From contig CAWJSJ010000001.1 in NCBI GenBank assembly GCA_963845565.1, positions 800,001 to 864,000 of the forward strand: a stretch of 64,000 nt of DNA, read 5' to 3'. Below, in pieces: positions 18,688 through 28,668 of this stretch. Source of the stretch: an uncultured Methylomirabilota bacterium. Lineage in GTDB: Bacteria; Methylomirabilota; Methylomirabilia; Methylomirabilales; 2-02-FULL-66-22. The position numbers were made by a program, and so were the translations under genes. Position 1 is the first letter of the stretch. Each line of letters begins with the position of its first letter. Below the pieces are notes generated by a model. The model made no database searches and was not told the origin of the DNA. It worked only from the letters and a program-made list of their open reading frames with translations.

Positions 18688-18748
18688 CGTGCGTGCCTCC
18701 GTATCTCGGGTCGGGCACTCTGTGCTCCCGAACCCGTGCTGGCCCTCT

Positions 18749-19819
18749 TCACGCCGCACCTCGACCCGTTGCCTGCCCGTACACGTACGCCAGGATCTTG
18801 GCCACCGCGCGGTACAGCGCCAGCGGAATCTCGCCCCCGACGTCCACCACCTTGTACAGGGCGCGCGCCAGCGGGATGTCCTGGACGACCGGGATCCCCT
18901 TCTCGCGCGCAATCCCGATGATCCGTTCCGCCAGCAGCCGCTTGCCCTTGGCGAGAACTTTCGGGGCGCGCATGGATCGCCCGTCGTATCGGAGCGCGAC
19001 GGCAATATGGGTGGGGTTCACGATCACGACATTGGCCTGCGCCACATCCTGCATCATCCGACGCATCTTGCGTTCTTGCTGCAAACTGCGCACTCGCGCG
19101 CGCACCTGGGGGTTTCCCTCTTGCTGTTTGCCTTCGTCCTGGATCTCTCCGCGACTCATCCGGAGACTCTTCTCATGGTGCCAGCGCTGATACGCGTAGT
19201 CGGCAACCGCCACCAGGCCATAGACCCCGACGACTCGGAAGGCCAGCCGAAGTCCGAGGGACAGCTGCCACCACACGAGTTCCTGTAACTCCATCTCTGC
19301 CAATGACGGAAAGCGCGCCCATTCGGGTTGGAGGGTCCGGTACGCGACCACCCCCAGCAGGGTCAGTTTGAGCAACGCCTTGACCGCTTCCACGCCTCCG
19401 CGCAGCGACAAAAGGTTCCCCAGCCCTCGCGCGGGGCTGATACGCTCCCAGTGAAACCCGATGGCCTCGGAACTCATGAGCACCCCCACTTGCAGGAGGT
19501 TCGCCAGCACACCCATGACGGTGCCCGCCACGACCACCGGGAAGATCGCCTGCGCGACCGACCACGCCGCCGACAGGATGAGGCCTCGCACCGCCTCCAG
19601 TGTCAGGTCGGTCCGACCGCCCAATTGGAGCCCCTCGCGAAACGCCCGAAGCAGCGTGTCGCCCATCAGTGCTCCGCCGAAAGAGAGCGCCCCGAACGCT
19701 CCCAGGAGGATCAGCGCAGAGTTCAACTCCACGCTGCGGGCGACCTGACCGCGCTCGCGCGCCTCCTGGCGCCGTTTCGGTGTCGGGGCTTCTGTCCGCT
19801 CTGCGTCGTCAGATGCCAT
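18749..19819 (-). CDS. flhB: Flagellar export protein FlhB
   Basis: ATG 19819; ERTEAPTPKR; NPTH autocleavage motif. Confidence 0.98.
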   Translation of the reverse strand: MASDDAERTEAPTPKRRQEARERGQVARSVELNSALILLGAFGALSFGGALMGDTLLRAFREGLQLGGRTDLTLEAVRGLILSAAWSVAQAIFPVVVAGTVMGVLANLLQVGVLMSSEAIGFHWERISPARGLGNLLSLRGGVEAVKALLKLTLLGVVAYRTLQPEWARFPSLAEMELQELVWWQLSLGLRLAFRVVGVYGLVAVADYAYQRWHHEKSLRMSRGEIQDEGKQQEGNPQVRARVRSLQQERKMRRMMQDVAQANVVIVNPTHIAVALRYDGRSMRAPKVLAKGKRLLAERIIGIAREKGIPVVQDIPLARALYKVVDVGGEIPLALYRAVAKILAYVYGQATGRGAA

Positions 19820-20597
19820 GGCGCATCCGGAGGAGCAGCGCACCCAGCGTCGCCGGGAGTTGCTGGAATGTGGTCGTCATGACCGTGCCCAGGAGCGGGA
19901 GCGCCGCCAAGAGCACCAAGAATCCAACCCCGAGGGTGAGCGCGAAACTCACCATGAACACGTTCACTTGGGGTGCGATTCGGTTGAGGAGTCCGAGGAC
20001 GATCATGGTGGCCAGCATGGCGGCCCCGACCGGGGCTGCCATGCGAATCGCCAGGACGAGTGCCGCGCTGAACAACCCCAGCAGGAACTCCAGGCTGCCG
20101 CCGCGGAACGCGACCGAGAGCGGCGGGACGACCGTCACGCTCTGCGCCAGCGCCGCCAGGACCGCGTGGTGGCCGCCGACCGTCAGGAACGTCAGGATCG
20201 CCACCTGGTCCAACAGGTGATTGACCGACGAGACCTGGCTCATCGAATGCGGATCCAGAGCTGCCGGAAGACCGATGCCCATCTGGACGGCGGCCAATTC
20301 CCCGGCCATCCCGATTCCCGCGAACACGAACCGGACCGCGAGCCCCATGACGGCCCCGATCACGATCTCCCCGGCCAGCGTTGCCGTCAAACCGAGAATG
20401 GACGTCGGCAGCGTCAGCCCGCCCCCGACCAGCAGTGGGGTGAGTATGAGCGCCAAACTCCCCGCCAAACCGACCTTGAGGGTCGGCGGAAGGTTTTGGC
20501 TTCCAAACACCGGTCCCAGCGCCACCACCCCGCTACAGCGGGCCAGCGCCAGCAGGAAGGTGGGTGCCCATCGCGTGAGGAAGACCTCAACCGTCAT
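19809..20597 (-). CDS. fliR: Flagellar export protein FliR
   Basis: ATG 20597; GEIVIG, AGELAAVQMG, GGHH, RIAPQVNVF. Confidence 0.95.
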   Translation of the reverse strand: MTVEVFLTRWAPTFLLALARCSGVVALGPVFGSQNLPPTLKVGLAGSLALILTPLLVGGGLTLPTSILGLTATLAGEIVIGAVMGLAVRFVFAGIGMAGELAAVQMGIGLPAALDPHSMSQVSSVNHLLDQVAILTFLTVGGHHAVLAALAQSVTVVPPLSVAFRGGSLEFLLGLFSAALVLAIRMAAPVGAAMLATMIVLGLLNRIAPQVNVFMVSFALTLGVGFLVLLAALPLLGTVMTTTFQQLPATLGALLLRMRHGI

Positions 20598-20863
20598 CGC
20601 GCGTACTGCCCCAGATTGCCGAACAGGTCCACAGCAAAACGCACGACCAGATCCGTCATCCACGGCATGCACAGCACCAAGGCGACGAAGACCGCCAGGA
20701 GTTTCGGGACAAAGGTCAGTGTCGCCTCTTGAATGGAGGTCACCGCCTGGAAGAGGCTCACCGCCAAGCCGGTGACCATCCCCGCGAGAAGCACCGGCGC
20801 GGAGAGCATCACGATCAATTGCAGGGCGCGCTGACCGAGGTCGATGACCTGTTGCACCGTCAT
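20594..20863 (-). CDS. fliQ: Flagellar export protein FliQ
   Basis: SLFQAVTSIQEATLTFVPK. Confidence 0.97.
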   Translation of the reverse strand: MTVQQVIDLGQRALQLIVMLSAPVLLAGMVTGLAVSLFQAVTSIQEATLTFVPKLLAVFVALVLCMPWMTDLVVRFAVDLFGNLGQYAR

Positions 20864-20879
20864 GGAACAGACCGTCCCC

Positions 20880-21755
20880 TCAGTTAAAGCTGGTCACCAG
20901 AGACCGCACGACCAGGTGCCACCCATCCGCCAGCACAAACAGGAGAAGCTTGAACGGTAGGGCAATCATCGTGGGCGGCAGAAACATCATGCCCATCGAC
21001 AACAGGACGCTGGAGACGACGAAGTCGATCACGATAAACGGCAAGAACAGAACGAAGCCCATCTGGAACCCACTTTTCAATTCGCTGATGATGAACGCCG
21101 GGATGAGAATGTAGGTCGCCACGTCCGCCCGATCGCGAGGCCGGGGCGCCTTGGCCAGGTGGACCATAAGGGCGAGGTCGTGTTCTCGGGTTTGCCGAAA
21201 CATGAACTGCCTGATGGGCTCGAGTCCCCGCTGAAAGGCTTCATCTTGCCCGATCTGCCGACTCATATAGGGCGCATACGCCTTGTCGCGGATCTCGGTT
21301 GCCACGGGAGCCATAATGAACGCGGTCAGGAAGAGCGAGAGGCCGATCAACACCTGGTTGGGCGGCATCTGGGGGGTCCCGAGCGCCTGGCGAAGGAGGC
21401 CCAACACGATGACGATCCGGCTGAAGGAGGTCAGCAGGATGATGAGCGAGGGGGCCAGCGCCAGCACCGTCAGGAGGAGCATCACCTGCAGCGCGCTGGA
21501 CAACTCCTGCGGTCCCTTGACCTGCCCGACACCGACGCTGATCGTGGGGAGCGCCAACCCCGGGCCGCTGGTCGCCGCGGTCGCCGTCGTGGCCCCCAGG
21601 AGAAGCGTCAGGATGACCAGAGCTGCGACACCGACCGCATGCCGCGCAGCCCGCGTCCGCGTAACGCAGCCGATGCAACGCGCCGCCGATGGTCTCTGCC
21701 GCACAGGGTCAGCGTGGTCTGCGTTGCGTCTCTCTCCGAGCCCGCAGGGGATCAT
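20880..21755 (-). CDS. fliP: Flagellar export protein FliP
   Basis: TSFSRIVIVL, PPNQVL, PAFIISELK, LPFKLLLFVLADGW. Confidence 0.97.
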   Translation of the reverse strand: MIPCGLGERRNADHADPVRQRPSAARCIGCVTRTRAARHAVGVAALVILTLLLGATTATAATSGPGLALPTISVGVGQVKGPQELSSALQVMLLLTVLALAPSLIILLTSFSRIVIVLGLLRQALGTPQMPPNQVLIGLSLFLTAFIMAPVATEIRDKAYAPYMSRQIGQDEAFQRGLEPIRQFMFRQTREHDLALMVHLAKAPRPRDRADVATYILIPAFIISELKSGFQMGFVLFLPFIVIDFVVSSVLLSMGMMFLPPTMIALPFKLLLFVLADGWHLVVRSLVTSFN

Positions 21756-22396
21756 CGGTCCCCTCGTGGGTCCGCGGATCCGAGGCCCCAGGCTGTTTGG
21801 ACCTCCCGGATCTTCGCCGTCAGCTCCTGGAACCGACTGCCGGAAACCAGGTCTCGCCGTTCGGCCCCGCCGGTCGTCGGCGGCTTGGTGGCCTCGACGA
21901 CACCCCCCTCGAAGCGGTGTAACAGACTAATGCCCGCCGGGCTGACACCCACCGCTAGGACCGTGCTCCCCGCCCGAACCAAGCAGATCGCTTCTTTGCC
22001 GGTCAGCGGAAGTCGGCCGAGCACTTGGAGCGCCCCCGCGCTCGTGTCCCGCGAGGTCAGGCCGGGCCACCGCCGAATCACCTTGACCCCCACCGCCAAC
22101 AGGAACAGGACCAGGGCCAGCGACAGCCCCATCCGGGTCGTGTCCCAGAGGAGCGACGACTCCGGTTCCCCGGTGGCGAGCCGGTACTCCGGAATGCTGA
22201 CGCTCTCGGGCGACCGTGAGGCTTGCGGGCCAGCCGCACCGGTCGGCGAGGAACCGCTCGCCCCTCGCGACTCCGTCGCGACCGTGGCCGCGGCGGGCGG
22301 GCCGACCACGTGCCGCCCCTTCGCCTGAGCCAGTCCGCTTGCCGGCCCCACCAGGCACAGCACACACCCGCACGTGACGAGAATCCGCGGCATCAT
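21752..22396 (-). CDS. fliO: Flagellar protein FliO/FliZ
   Basis: ATG 22396 overlapping the upstream stop; TM followed by [30 protein letters not shown]; located between fliN and fliP. Confidence 0.85.
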   Translation of the reverse strand: MMPRILVTCGCVLCLVGPASGLAQAKGRHVVGPPAAATVATESRGASGSSPTGAAGPQASRSPESVSIPEYRLATGEPESSLLWDTTRMGLSLALVLFLLAVGVKVIRRWPGLTSRDTSAGALQVLGRLPLTGKEAICLVRAGSTVLAVGVSPAGISLLHRFEGGVVEATKPPTTGGAERRDLVSGSRFQELTAKIREVQTAWGLGSADPRGDR

Positions 22397-23241
22397 CGCA
22401 GACTCGCCACCCGCTCGCTCGGGGTCACGATGCTGGTCAGTCGCACGCCGAAGGCTTCGTCGATGACGACCACTTCCCCGCGCGCGATCGACTTGTCGTT
22501 GACCAAGATATCCACCGGCTCCCCCGCCAGCTTGTCCAGTTCCAGGACCGACCCCGGCGCCAGGTGGAGAATGTCTCGGATCATCATACGGGTTCGGCCC
22601 AACTCCACCGTGACCGGCAGCGAAATGTCGAGGAGTAGATCCATGCCGTTCCCATTCTTTCGGCCGGGGGACTCGCTGAGCGGCGGCAAGGTGGCCTCGA
22701 TCGGTTTCGGCGGTTCCGATACCACGGCCGCCCGCGGGACCACCAGCGCACCCTCGGCGCCCCGTCCCCCGACCGAGAGGTCCATGGCAAGACTGACCGC
22801 ATCCGTCCAGGCCGGAAGGCCGGCCCCACCCACCGCCACCCACTCGACCGCCGGCGCCTCGAAACCCACCGACTTTCCCAGCACCTCGCCCACCGCCGTG
22901 GCGAGCCCGCTCGCAGCCTGGTTGGCCAACTCCCGCAGCGCGTCCTCCTCTTCGGGCCCCGGCGCTTGGGGGGCCGATTCGAGCGTCTCTCCCAGAAGAA
23001 TCCGTGCCAGACCCAGGCCGGTCGGTCCCGGCAAGACCAGCGCGGCCCGCCCGGTGACGGCCTTACTAAGGCGACAGGTCAGCAGCACGAGCGGCCCGGG
23101 CTGCGTTCGCAGCGTCTCCACGCTGCGCGTTTCACGAAGAGAGGCGCTGGCCGTCGTGCCCAGCGATGCCAGGAGCCGCTCGACACTCGACACCAGTCGT
23201 CGTGCGGTGTCGAGAGGAATCGCCTCGTGTGCGTTAGCCAT
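22393..23241 (-). CDS. fliN: C-ring protein FliY/FliN (CheC-like domain + FliN/SpoA domain)
   Basis: ATG 23241; C-terminal [18 protein letters not shown]...[17 protein letters not shown]-x3-E-x2-N-x22-P motif. Confidence 0.9.
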   Translation of the reverse strand: MANAHEAIPLDTARRLVSSVERLLASLGTTASASLRETRSVETLRTQPGPLVLLTCRLSKAVTGRAALVLPGPTGLGLARILLGETLESAPQAPGPEEEDALRELANQAASGLATAVGEVLGKSVGFEAPAVEWVAVGGAGLPAWTDAVSLAMDLSVGGRGAEGALVVPRAAVVSEPPKPIEATLPPLSESPGRKNGNGMDLLLDISLPVTVELGRTRMMIRDILHLAPGSVLELDKLAGEPVDILVNDKSIARGEVVVIDEAFGVRLTSIVTPSERVASLR

Positions 23242-24235
23242 GCTGCTCTCCTCCTGCGTCCAGGGAGGCCGTGATTTCCACCGCGCGCCGTCGCTGCTTT
23301 CGACCCGCCCGCCCCGCAAAACGAGGGCGCCCTCCAACCTCCACGGTTACCTCCAAGGTATCCCTCCAGGGGAGTGGCAAGATGTCCCCGGGTTTCAGCT
23401 GGGTCAGTTGACTGATCGGGACCTGTACCGCGTCCAGGACGGCACGCAGTTCCAGCGACGTCGTGCGGAGATTTCCCTCGATTTCCCGAGTCACCGCGGC
23501 CGCGGCCGCCACCGGTGCCGCGCCGAACCAGCGCTGGGTCATGAGTTTTGGGAGAATCGGCTCCAACATGGCGAAGGGGAAACACAGGCTCATGACGCCT
23601 TCGACCTCCCCCACGCGCACGTCGAAGGTCACCAGGATCGCGATATCGTTGGGCGATGTGAGCTGCACGAACTGGGGGTTGGATTCCAGATTCAGGAGCC
23701 GAACGTCGAACTTGCCGACCTGTGCCCACGCCTGCTGGAGGTCGACCAGGAGCTTTCGAAGGATCCGCGCCACCAGCGCTCGTTCGATCTCGGTCAACTC
23801 CCGAACGTGGATCGACGCCCGTCCTGCGCCACCCAAGACCCGGTCGATCATCGGAAAGACGAGATGGGGATTGATATCCAGCACCGCGCCGCACTTCAGC
23901 GGCGCCATCTCGAAGATCGCCAGGGTGGAGGGCGGCATCACGGAGGTCATGAACTCCCCATAGGTGAGCTGCTCCACCGAGGTGAGCTGAACTTCCAGCA
24001 TGGTGCGCAGATACCCGGAAAGCGTGGAACTGACACTCCGCGCGAACGTGTCGTGCAGCATCTGCAACGTCCGAACCTGCTCCTTGGCGATTCGGTTCGG
24101 CCGCCGGAAGTCATACGGGAGGATCGTCTGGTGCCGTCGCGCCGACGGTTCGGCGCCCGACTCTTGCGGCATCTCACCCTTGGTGACGGCGCTCAGAAGC
24201 GAGTCGATTTCCTCTTGCGTCAATAGCTCAGACAC
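23234..24235 (-). CDS. fliM: Flagellar motor switch protein FliM
   Basis: [11 protein letters not shown] (CheY-binding), [22 protein letters not shown]. Confidence 0.97.
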   Translation of the reverse strand: MSELLTQEEIDSLLSAVTKGEMPQESGAEPSARRHQTILPYDFRRPNRIAKEQVRTLQMLHDTFARSVSSTLSGYLRTMLEVQLTSVEQLTYGEFMTSVMPPSTLAIFEMAPLKCGAVLDINPHLVFPMIDRVLGGAGRASIHVRELTEIERALVARILRKLLVDLQQAWAQVGKFDVRLLNLESNPQFVQLTSPNDIAILVTFDVRVGEVEGVMSLCFPFAMLEPILPKLMTQRWFGAAPVAAAAAVTREIEGNLRTTSLELRAVLDAVQVPISQLTQLKPGDILPLPWRDTLEVTVEVGGRPRFAGRAGRKQRRRAVEITASLDAGGEQHG

Positions 24236-24311
24236 GGTCCCTCCGGGAAGACGAGCTTCGGGTCAGCGAACGGTCGCGCACTGCCGGCACCCCGCGTCAC
24301 GCACGCGGCGG

Positions 24312-24833
24312 CTACTGCACCACGAACTCCGTAATAAAGACCTGTCGCACCCGCTCCGGCCCAAGCGCCTGATTCACCCGCTCCAGCACCTCCCCTCGCA
24401 GCCGGTCCAGTGCTTCCGGCGCCGTCACCTCACTGAGCGTCTTCTTTGTCAGGGTGGCCACGATCAGGTCGAGGAGTTGCGGCTTTCGCGATTCGACCTC
24501 CTTGACGATTTTCTCCTCTTCCGGAACTTCGATGTGCACGGTCGCCTTCAGATAGCGCCGCCCTTCGGTCTGAGCCACGTTGACCACGACCGAGTCCAGC
24601 GCCACCACCCGCCCGAATTTGTGCGGGGTTGGTTTGGCTTTCACATCCCCGGCAGCCACCGGCGGAAACATCGGGCGTACGACGAACAGCGCCACCGCGA
24701 ACGCACCCCCGGCGAGTGCCGCGAGAATTCCGACCGTCGGCAGGTACGCCAGTACCTTCTTGATCGCGCTGGGCGCGGCGGGCGCGGCGGGTTCCTTCGC
24801 CGCGTCGGGGGACTCCTCTTTCACGCCAGCCAT
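24312..24833 (-). CDS. fliL: Flagellar basal body-associated protein FliL
   Basis: Single TM; VVNVA, RYLK, VFITEFVVQ. Confidence 0.93.
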   Translation of the reverse strand: MAGVKEESPDAAKEPAAPAAPSAIKKVLAYLPTVGILAALAGGAFAVALFVVRPMFPPVAAGDVKAKPTPHKFGRVVALDSVVVNVAQTEGRRYLKATVHIEVPEEEKIVKEVESRKPQLLDLIVATLTKKTLSEVTAPEALDRLRGEVLERVNQALGPERVRQVFITEFVVQ

Positions 24834-24854
24834 TCCGTGACTCCTTGGTTGTGC

Positions 24855-26183
24855 TTATACGGTCGGCGCGGCGAGTGCGACACCGGCCTCTTCACGATAT
24901 TGTCGGAGACGGTTCCGGATCGTCCGCACGGAGACGCCCAGGGCTTCGGCCGCCCGGCTCCGGTTTCCTCCGACGCGTTCCAACGTCGCGAAGATCAGTC
25001 GCCGTTCCATCTCGGACCGCGTCCCGGCCTCTGCCGAGGAAGTCACCAGTCCCGGCTCAACCTGCAGATGCGACGGCTGTAGCACCCGGTCTGGGCACAA
25101 CAACAGGGCTCGCTGGATACAGCTCTCCAGTTCGCGCACGTTGCCCGGCCACGCATAACGTTGCAGGTGCTGGAGAGCTGCCTCGCTGAATTCGCGCCCC
25201 TGGCTACCGGTTGCACCGCGGTGCTTCTCCGCGAAGTATCGCGCCAGGAGGGGAATATCCTGGGGCCGTTCCCGCAACGGCGGCAGACGCAAGGACACCA
25301 CATTGAGCCGGAAGAAGAGGTCCTGTCGGAAGGTGCCCGCCTGCAGCGCATCCCGCAAGCAGCGGTTGGTGGTCGCGATGATTCGCACGTCGACCCGTAC
25401 CGGCTGATCCCGGCCAATCCGGTCCAGCTCTCCTTCCTGCAGGGCGCGGAGCAGTTTCGCTTGGAACTGCAAACTGGTCTCGCTGATCTCGTCCAGGAGC
25501 AGCGTCCCCTGATGCGCCGCCTCGAACCGGCCCAGCCGGCGTGCAATGGCGCCGGTGAACGCCCCCCGCTCGTGGCCGAACAGTTCACTCTCCAAAAGCG
25601 ACTCCGGAACCGCGGCGCAGTTCAAGGCAACGAAGGGCCGATCCTTGCGGCCGCTCCGCAGGTGGATCTCGCGCGCGAGCAGCTCCTTCCCCGTCCCGCT
25701 CTCGCCTTGGAGGAGCACCGGTGCCGCACTCTGCGCCACTCGTGCCGCGGTCTCCAGCAACCCCGCCATGCGTGGATCTCCGGTCACGATGCCGGCCAGC
25801 GACGCGGGGGCCGACGCGGCGGGGACGCCCAAGATGCGCTCCAGCAATTCGCCCAGTCGCGCCATGCCGAACGGCTTGATCAAGAAGTCCTGCGCTCCTT
25901 CCCGCATCGCCTCCACGGCGATTTCCACCGAGCCATACCCCGTGATCATGACCACCGACGTGTCTATGTGGCGCGCTCGCACTTCCCGGAGGAGGTCGAG
26001 CCCGCCAAGTCCGGGAAGGCGCACGTCGGCCAGCACCAAACGGAATGACGCGCGCGCCAGTTGCGACAGGGCTTCTTCCCCCGTCCCGACCCCGACGCCT
26101 TCGTGCCCGTACTCTCGAATGATCTGCAGCAACGTCCGCCGAACCATCGCATCATCGTCGACCACAAGCACATCTGGTGTCAT
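24855..26183 (-). CDS. sigma54-dependent response regulator (FlrC/FleR/FlbD-like bEBP)
   Basis: ATG 26183 with AAGGAGG; REC domain; GESGTGKE; GAFTGA; LLDEI; WPGNVREL; Fis-type HTH. Confidence 0.93.
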   Translation of the reverse strand: MTPDVLVVDDDAMVRRTLLQIIREYGHEGVGVGTGEEALSQLARASFRLVLADVRLPGLGGLDLLREVRARHIDTSVVMITGYGSVEIAVEAMREGAQDFLIKPFGMARLGELLERILGVPAASAPASLAGIVTGDPRMAGLLETAARVAQSAAPVLLQGESGTGKELLAREIHLRSGRKDRPFVALNCAAVPESLLESELFGHERGAFTGAIARRLGRFEAAHQGTLLLDEISETSLQFQAKLLRALQEGELDRIGRDQPVRVDVRIIATTNRCLRDALQAGTFRQDLFFRLNVVSLRLPPLRERPQDIPLLARYFAEKHRGATGSQGREFSEAALQHLQRYAWPGNVRELESCIQRALLLCPDRVLQPSHLQVEPGLVTSSAEAGTRSEMERRLIFATLERVGGNRSRAAEALGVSVRTIRNRLRQYREEAGVALAAPTV

Positions 26184-26215
26184 GAGAGCCTCCTTTGCGT
26201 TCGGCGAACCGTATA

Positions 26216-26231
26216 CGCAAGGCCCATACCA
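26216..26231 (-). promoter_or_regulatory. sigma54 -24/-12 promoter for the bEBP-fliL...fliA operon
   Basis: TGGTAT-GGGCC-TTGCG (GG-N10-GC), about 33 nt upstream of the ATG. Confidence 0.65.
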
Positions 26232-26618
26232 ATACGTAAATTTTCCCGGTAAGAAATCCCTGGGAACCGGAAAGGCGCGCCACACTTGTTCTTTCGGTTC
26301 ATCGCGTCCGTCATCGGCCAACCCTGCCACAGGGAGCGGCTCTGGCAGGGAAATCCTCCGGTCACAAATCATCCATTCCGAGGTCCGACGTCAGTCCTGG
26401 CCGAGACTCCGAAAACGCTAACGCATTGCCAATACGTCGTTTTGTGAAACTCTGGATGAATTATTACCGGTTGGTAAATTCTTGATCGGGAAGGCGTGGG
26501 ACGCAGATGACCGGGCCAAAGAGGATAAGGAGGATAGGCGCCGAAATACTCGGGGGGGAACGCGGCCCCGCCACCGTACATTGTGGCGAGGCCGCCTGGC
26601 GATTATTGTGCCAACCGG

Positions 26619-27833
26619 TTACCGCTTCAGGTTCACCGCTTCCATCAAGACCTCATCGCTGGTGGTGATGACGCGCGCATTGGCCTGGAAGCCGCGCTGC
26701 GCGACGATGAGTTTCGTGAACTCATCCGCCAAGTCGACGTTGGACGCCTCCAGGGATCCCGGCGCGAGCGTCCCGCGTCCACCCGTCCCCGGATCTCCCG
26801 TGTTGGCCACGCCCGAGTTCGAGGTTTCCCGATACAGATTGTTTCCTTGTTTGGAGAGCCCCGCGGCGTTGGGGAACGTGGCAAGGCGAATGGTACCCAA
26901 GGACTGCACCCGGCCGTTACTGAATGTTCCATTGATGGTTCCATTGGTTCCAATGGAGAAATTCTGCAGCGTTCCCGACGCGGATCCATCCTGGCTCGCG
27001 AGGGCCAACGTCGCGGGCGATGCGAACCCGGTGACCGGTGACGCGTTGGCCGCGGAGCCGTAGTCCAGCGTGACCACCTGGGCGCTGCTGGCGCCGTTGG
27101 TGTAGTCCAGCGTGATGGTGCCCGTGCCGCCGGCGGTAATCGCCCCGCTGCCACTGAACTGGATGGTCCCGGAACCGCCCGCATTGATACTCATACTCGC
27201 GTCGTTTTCGGTGGTCACGTACGTGAACTCTCCGGCCGTCGCCGTCTTGGTGAAAGTGAGCGTCAGGTTGTGCGTGTCGCCCAGCGAGTCGTACAGGGAC
27301 ATGGTGGCGACATAGGTGGATCCGGCGGCTGTCGTCGGATCCAGGTTCCCGGTGATGGTGGCGATCCCGGATGCCACCGGAGCGGACGTCGCCGTCGGCG
27401 AGATGGTGATGTCGCCGGCGGCCCCTTGAACCCGGTAGCCGGTGACGGAGTCCACCAGGTTCCCGATCGAGTCCACTTCAAACGCGCCGGCTCGGGTGTA
27501 GTAATTGGCCGACCCGTCGCTGAGGACGAAGAAGCCGTCGCCCTGGATGGCGAGATCGGTCGGCTTGTTGGTCGTCAGAATGCCGCCCTGCGTAAACAGG
27601 TTGGTGATGGCGCCGGTGCGCACCCCCAAGCCGACCTGTTGCGGGTCCGTTCCTCCCACGTTCTGACTGGGGGCCGTTGCCCCGGCGAGTGTCTGGCTCA
27701 GCACATCAGAGAAGGTCGTCCGGCCAGCTTTGAAACCCGGCGTGTTCACGTTTGCAATGTTGTTTCCGGTCACGTCCAGCATGAGCTGGTGGGCGCGAAG
27801 GCCGGAGACGGCGCTGTTCATGGAACTGCCCAT
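26619..27833 (-). CDS. flgE: Flagellar hook protein FlgE
   Basis: ATG 27833; GNNIANVNTPGFK, DLAIQGDGFF, YTRAGAF, LEASNVDL, AQRGFQAN. Confidence 0.96.
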   Translation of the reverse strand: MGSSMNSAVSGLRAHQLMLDVTGNNIANVNTPGFKAGRTTFSDVLSQTLAGATAPSQNVGGTDPQQVGLGVRTGAITNLFTQGGILTTNKPTDLAIQGDGFFVLSDGSANYYTRAGAFEVDSIGNLVDSVTGYRVQGAAGDITISPTATSAPVASGIATITGNLDPTTAAGSTYVATMSLYDSLGDTHNLTLTFTKTATAGEFTYVTTENDASMSINAGGSGTIQFSGSGAITAGGTGTITLDYTNGASSAQVVTLDYGSAANASPVTGFASPATLALASQDGSASGTLQNFSIGTNGTINGTFSNGRVQSLGTIRLATFPNAAGLSKQGNNLYRETSNSGVANTGDPGTGGRGTLAPGSLEASNVDLADEFTKLIVAQRGFQANARVITTSDEVLMEAVNLKR

Positions 27834-27888
27834 GGGTCCCTCCTTTGCTGTTGAACAAACGGCCGCCTGGGGCGGCCTCGACACCCGG

Positions 27889-28605
27889 TTACGACGAGAG
27901 CGCGGTACCGGCCATCACATTCACCACCGACGTGAGCGGGACGCGCTGATTTCCCAGCATCAGCATGACCGTGCCCCCCTCGACATTGATGCCCGTGACC
28001 TGCCCGCCGCCGGTATAGACGCCTGAAACGGCGCGCCCAGTAGCATCGGCGGCGGCCACTTGATACGTGTAGCTCCCGGCACTCAGCCGCCGGCCGTTGT
28101 CATCGAGGCCGTCAAACGCCGCTTGGTGCGTACCAGCGCCCTGCTGTCCGACGACCATAGTCCGCACTGCCGTGCCGGACGCGTCGAACACCCGGATAGC
28201 AACGGCGTTCGCTGTTGTGGGCAGCGCGTACGCCAACGTCGCGGATCGCGTTCCGTCCAACGCGAGGGGTGATCCGTTCACGGTCACCGTTTTGCCGAGG
28301 AGCGCCGACGCGCCGACCGCCCCGCCGTTCCCGGATTGGGCCGCCGCCAGCTTGTCCAGGGTCTTGTTCATATTCTGGAGCTGTTCCAGCGAGCTGAATT
28401 GCGCCGTCTGCGCCACAAACTGGCTGTTATCCATGGGATTCAACGGATCCTGGTTCTTGAGCTGGGCGACCAGGAGACGAAGAAACTCGTCCTTGCCCAG
28501 CGTGCTCGAGGCAGTCGCAGACTCGGTCGAGGATCCCGTGACCCCCTGGAGGAGGCCGGATACGACGGCTCCCCCGACAGTGGCCAGAATCGCAGGAATG
28601 GGCAT
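27889..28605 (-). CDS. flgD: Hook capping protein FlgD
   Basis: FLRLLVAQLKNQDPLNPMDN..FVAQTAQFSSLEQ. Confidence 0.96.
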   Translation of the reverse strand: MPIPAILATVGGAVVSGLLQGVTGSSTESATASSTLGKDEFLRLLVAQLKNQDPLNPMDNSQFVAQTAQFSSLEQLQNMNKTLDKLAAAQSGNGGAVGASALLGKTVTVNGSPLALDGTRSATLAYALPTTANAVAIRVFDASGTAVRTMVVGQQGAGTHQAAFDGLDDNGRRLSAGSYTYQVAAADATGRAVSGVYTGGGQVTGINVEGGTVMLMLGNQRVPLTSVVNVMAGTALSS

Positions 28606-28668
28606 CGCGTGGCTCCTTTCAATGAGACCGTCTGCCGTCGGCCAAATCGCCGGTCGGCCTCGCCGTGT

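Noticed and set aside
26369..26581. 70-aa ORF in the flgE-bEBP spacer
   Set aside because: No RBS, atypical composition, and it overlaps candidate regulatory motifs
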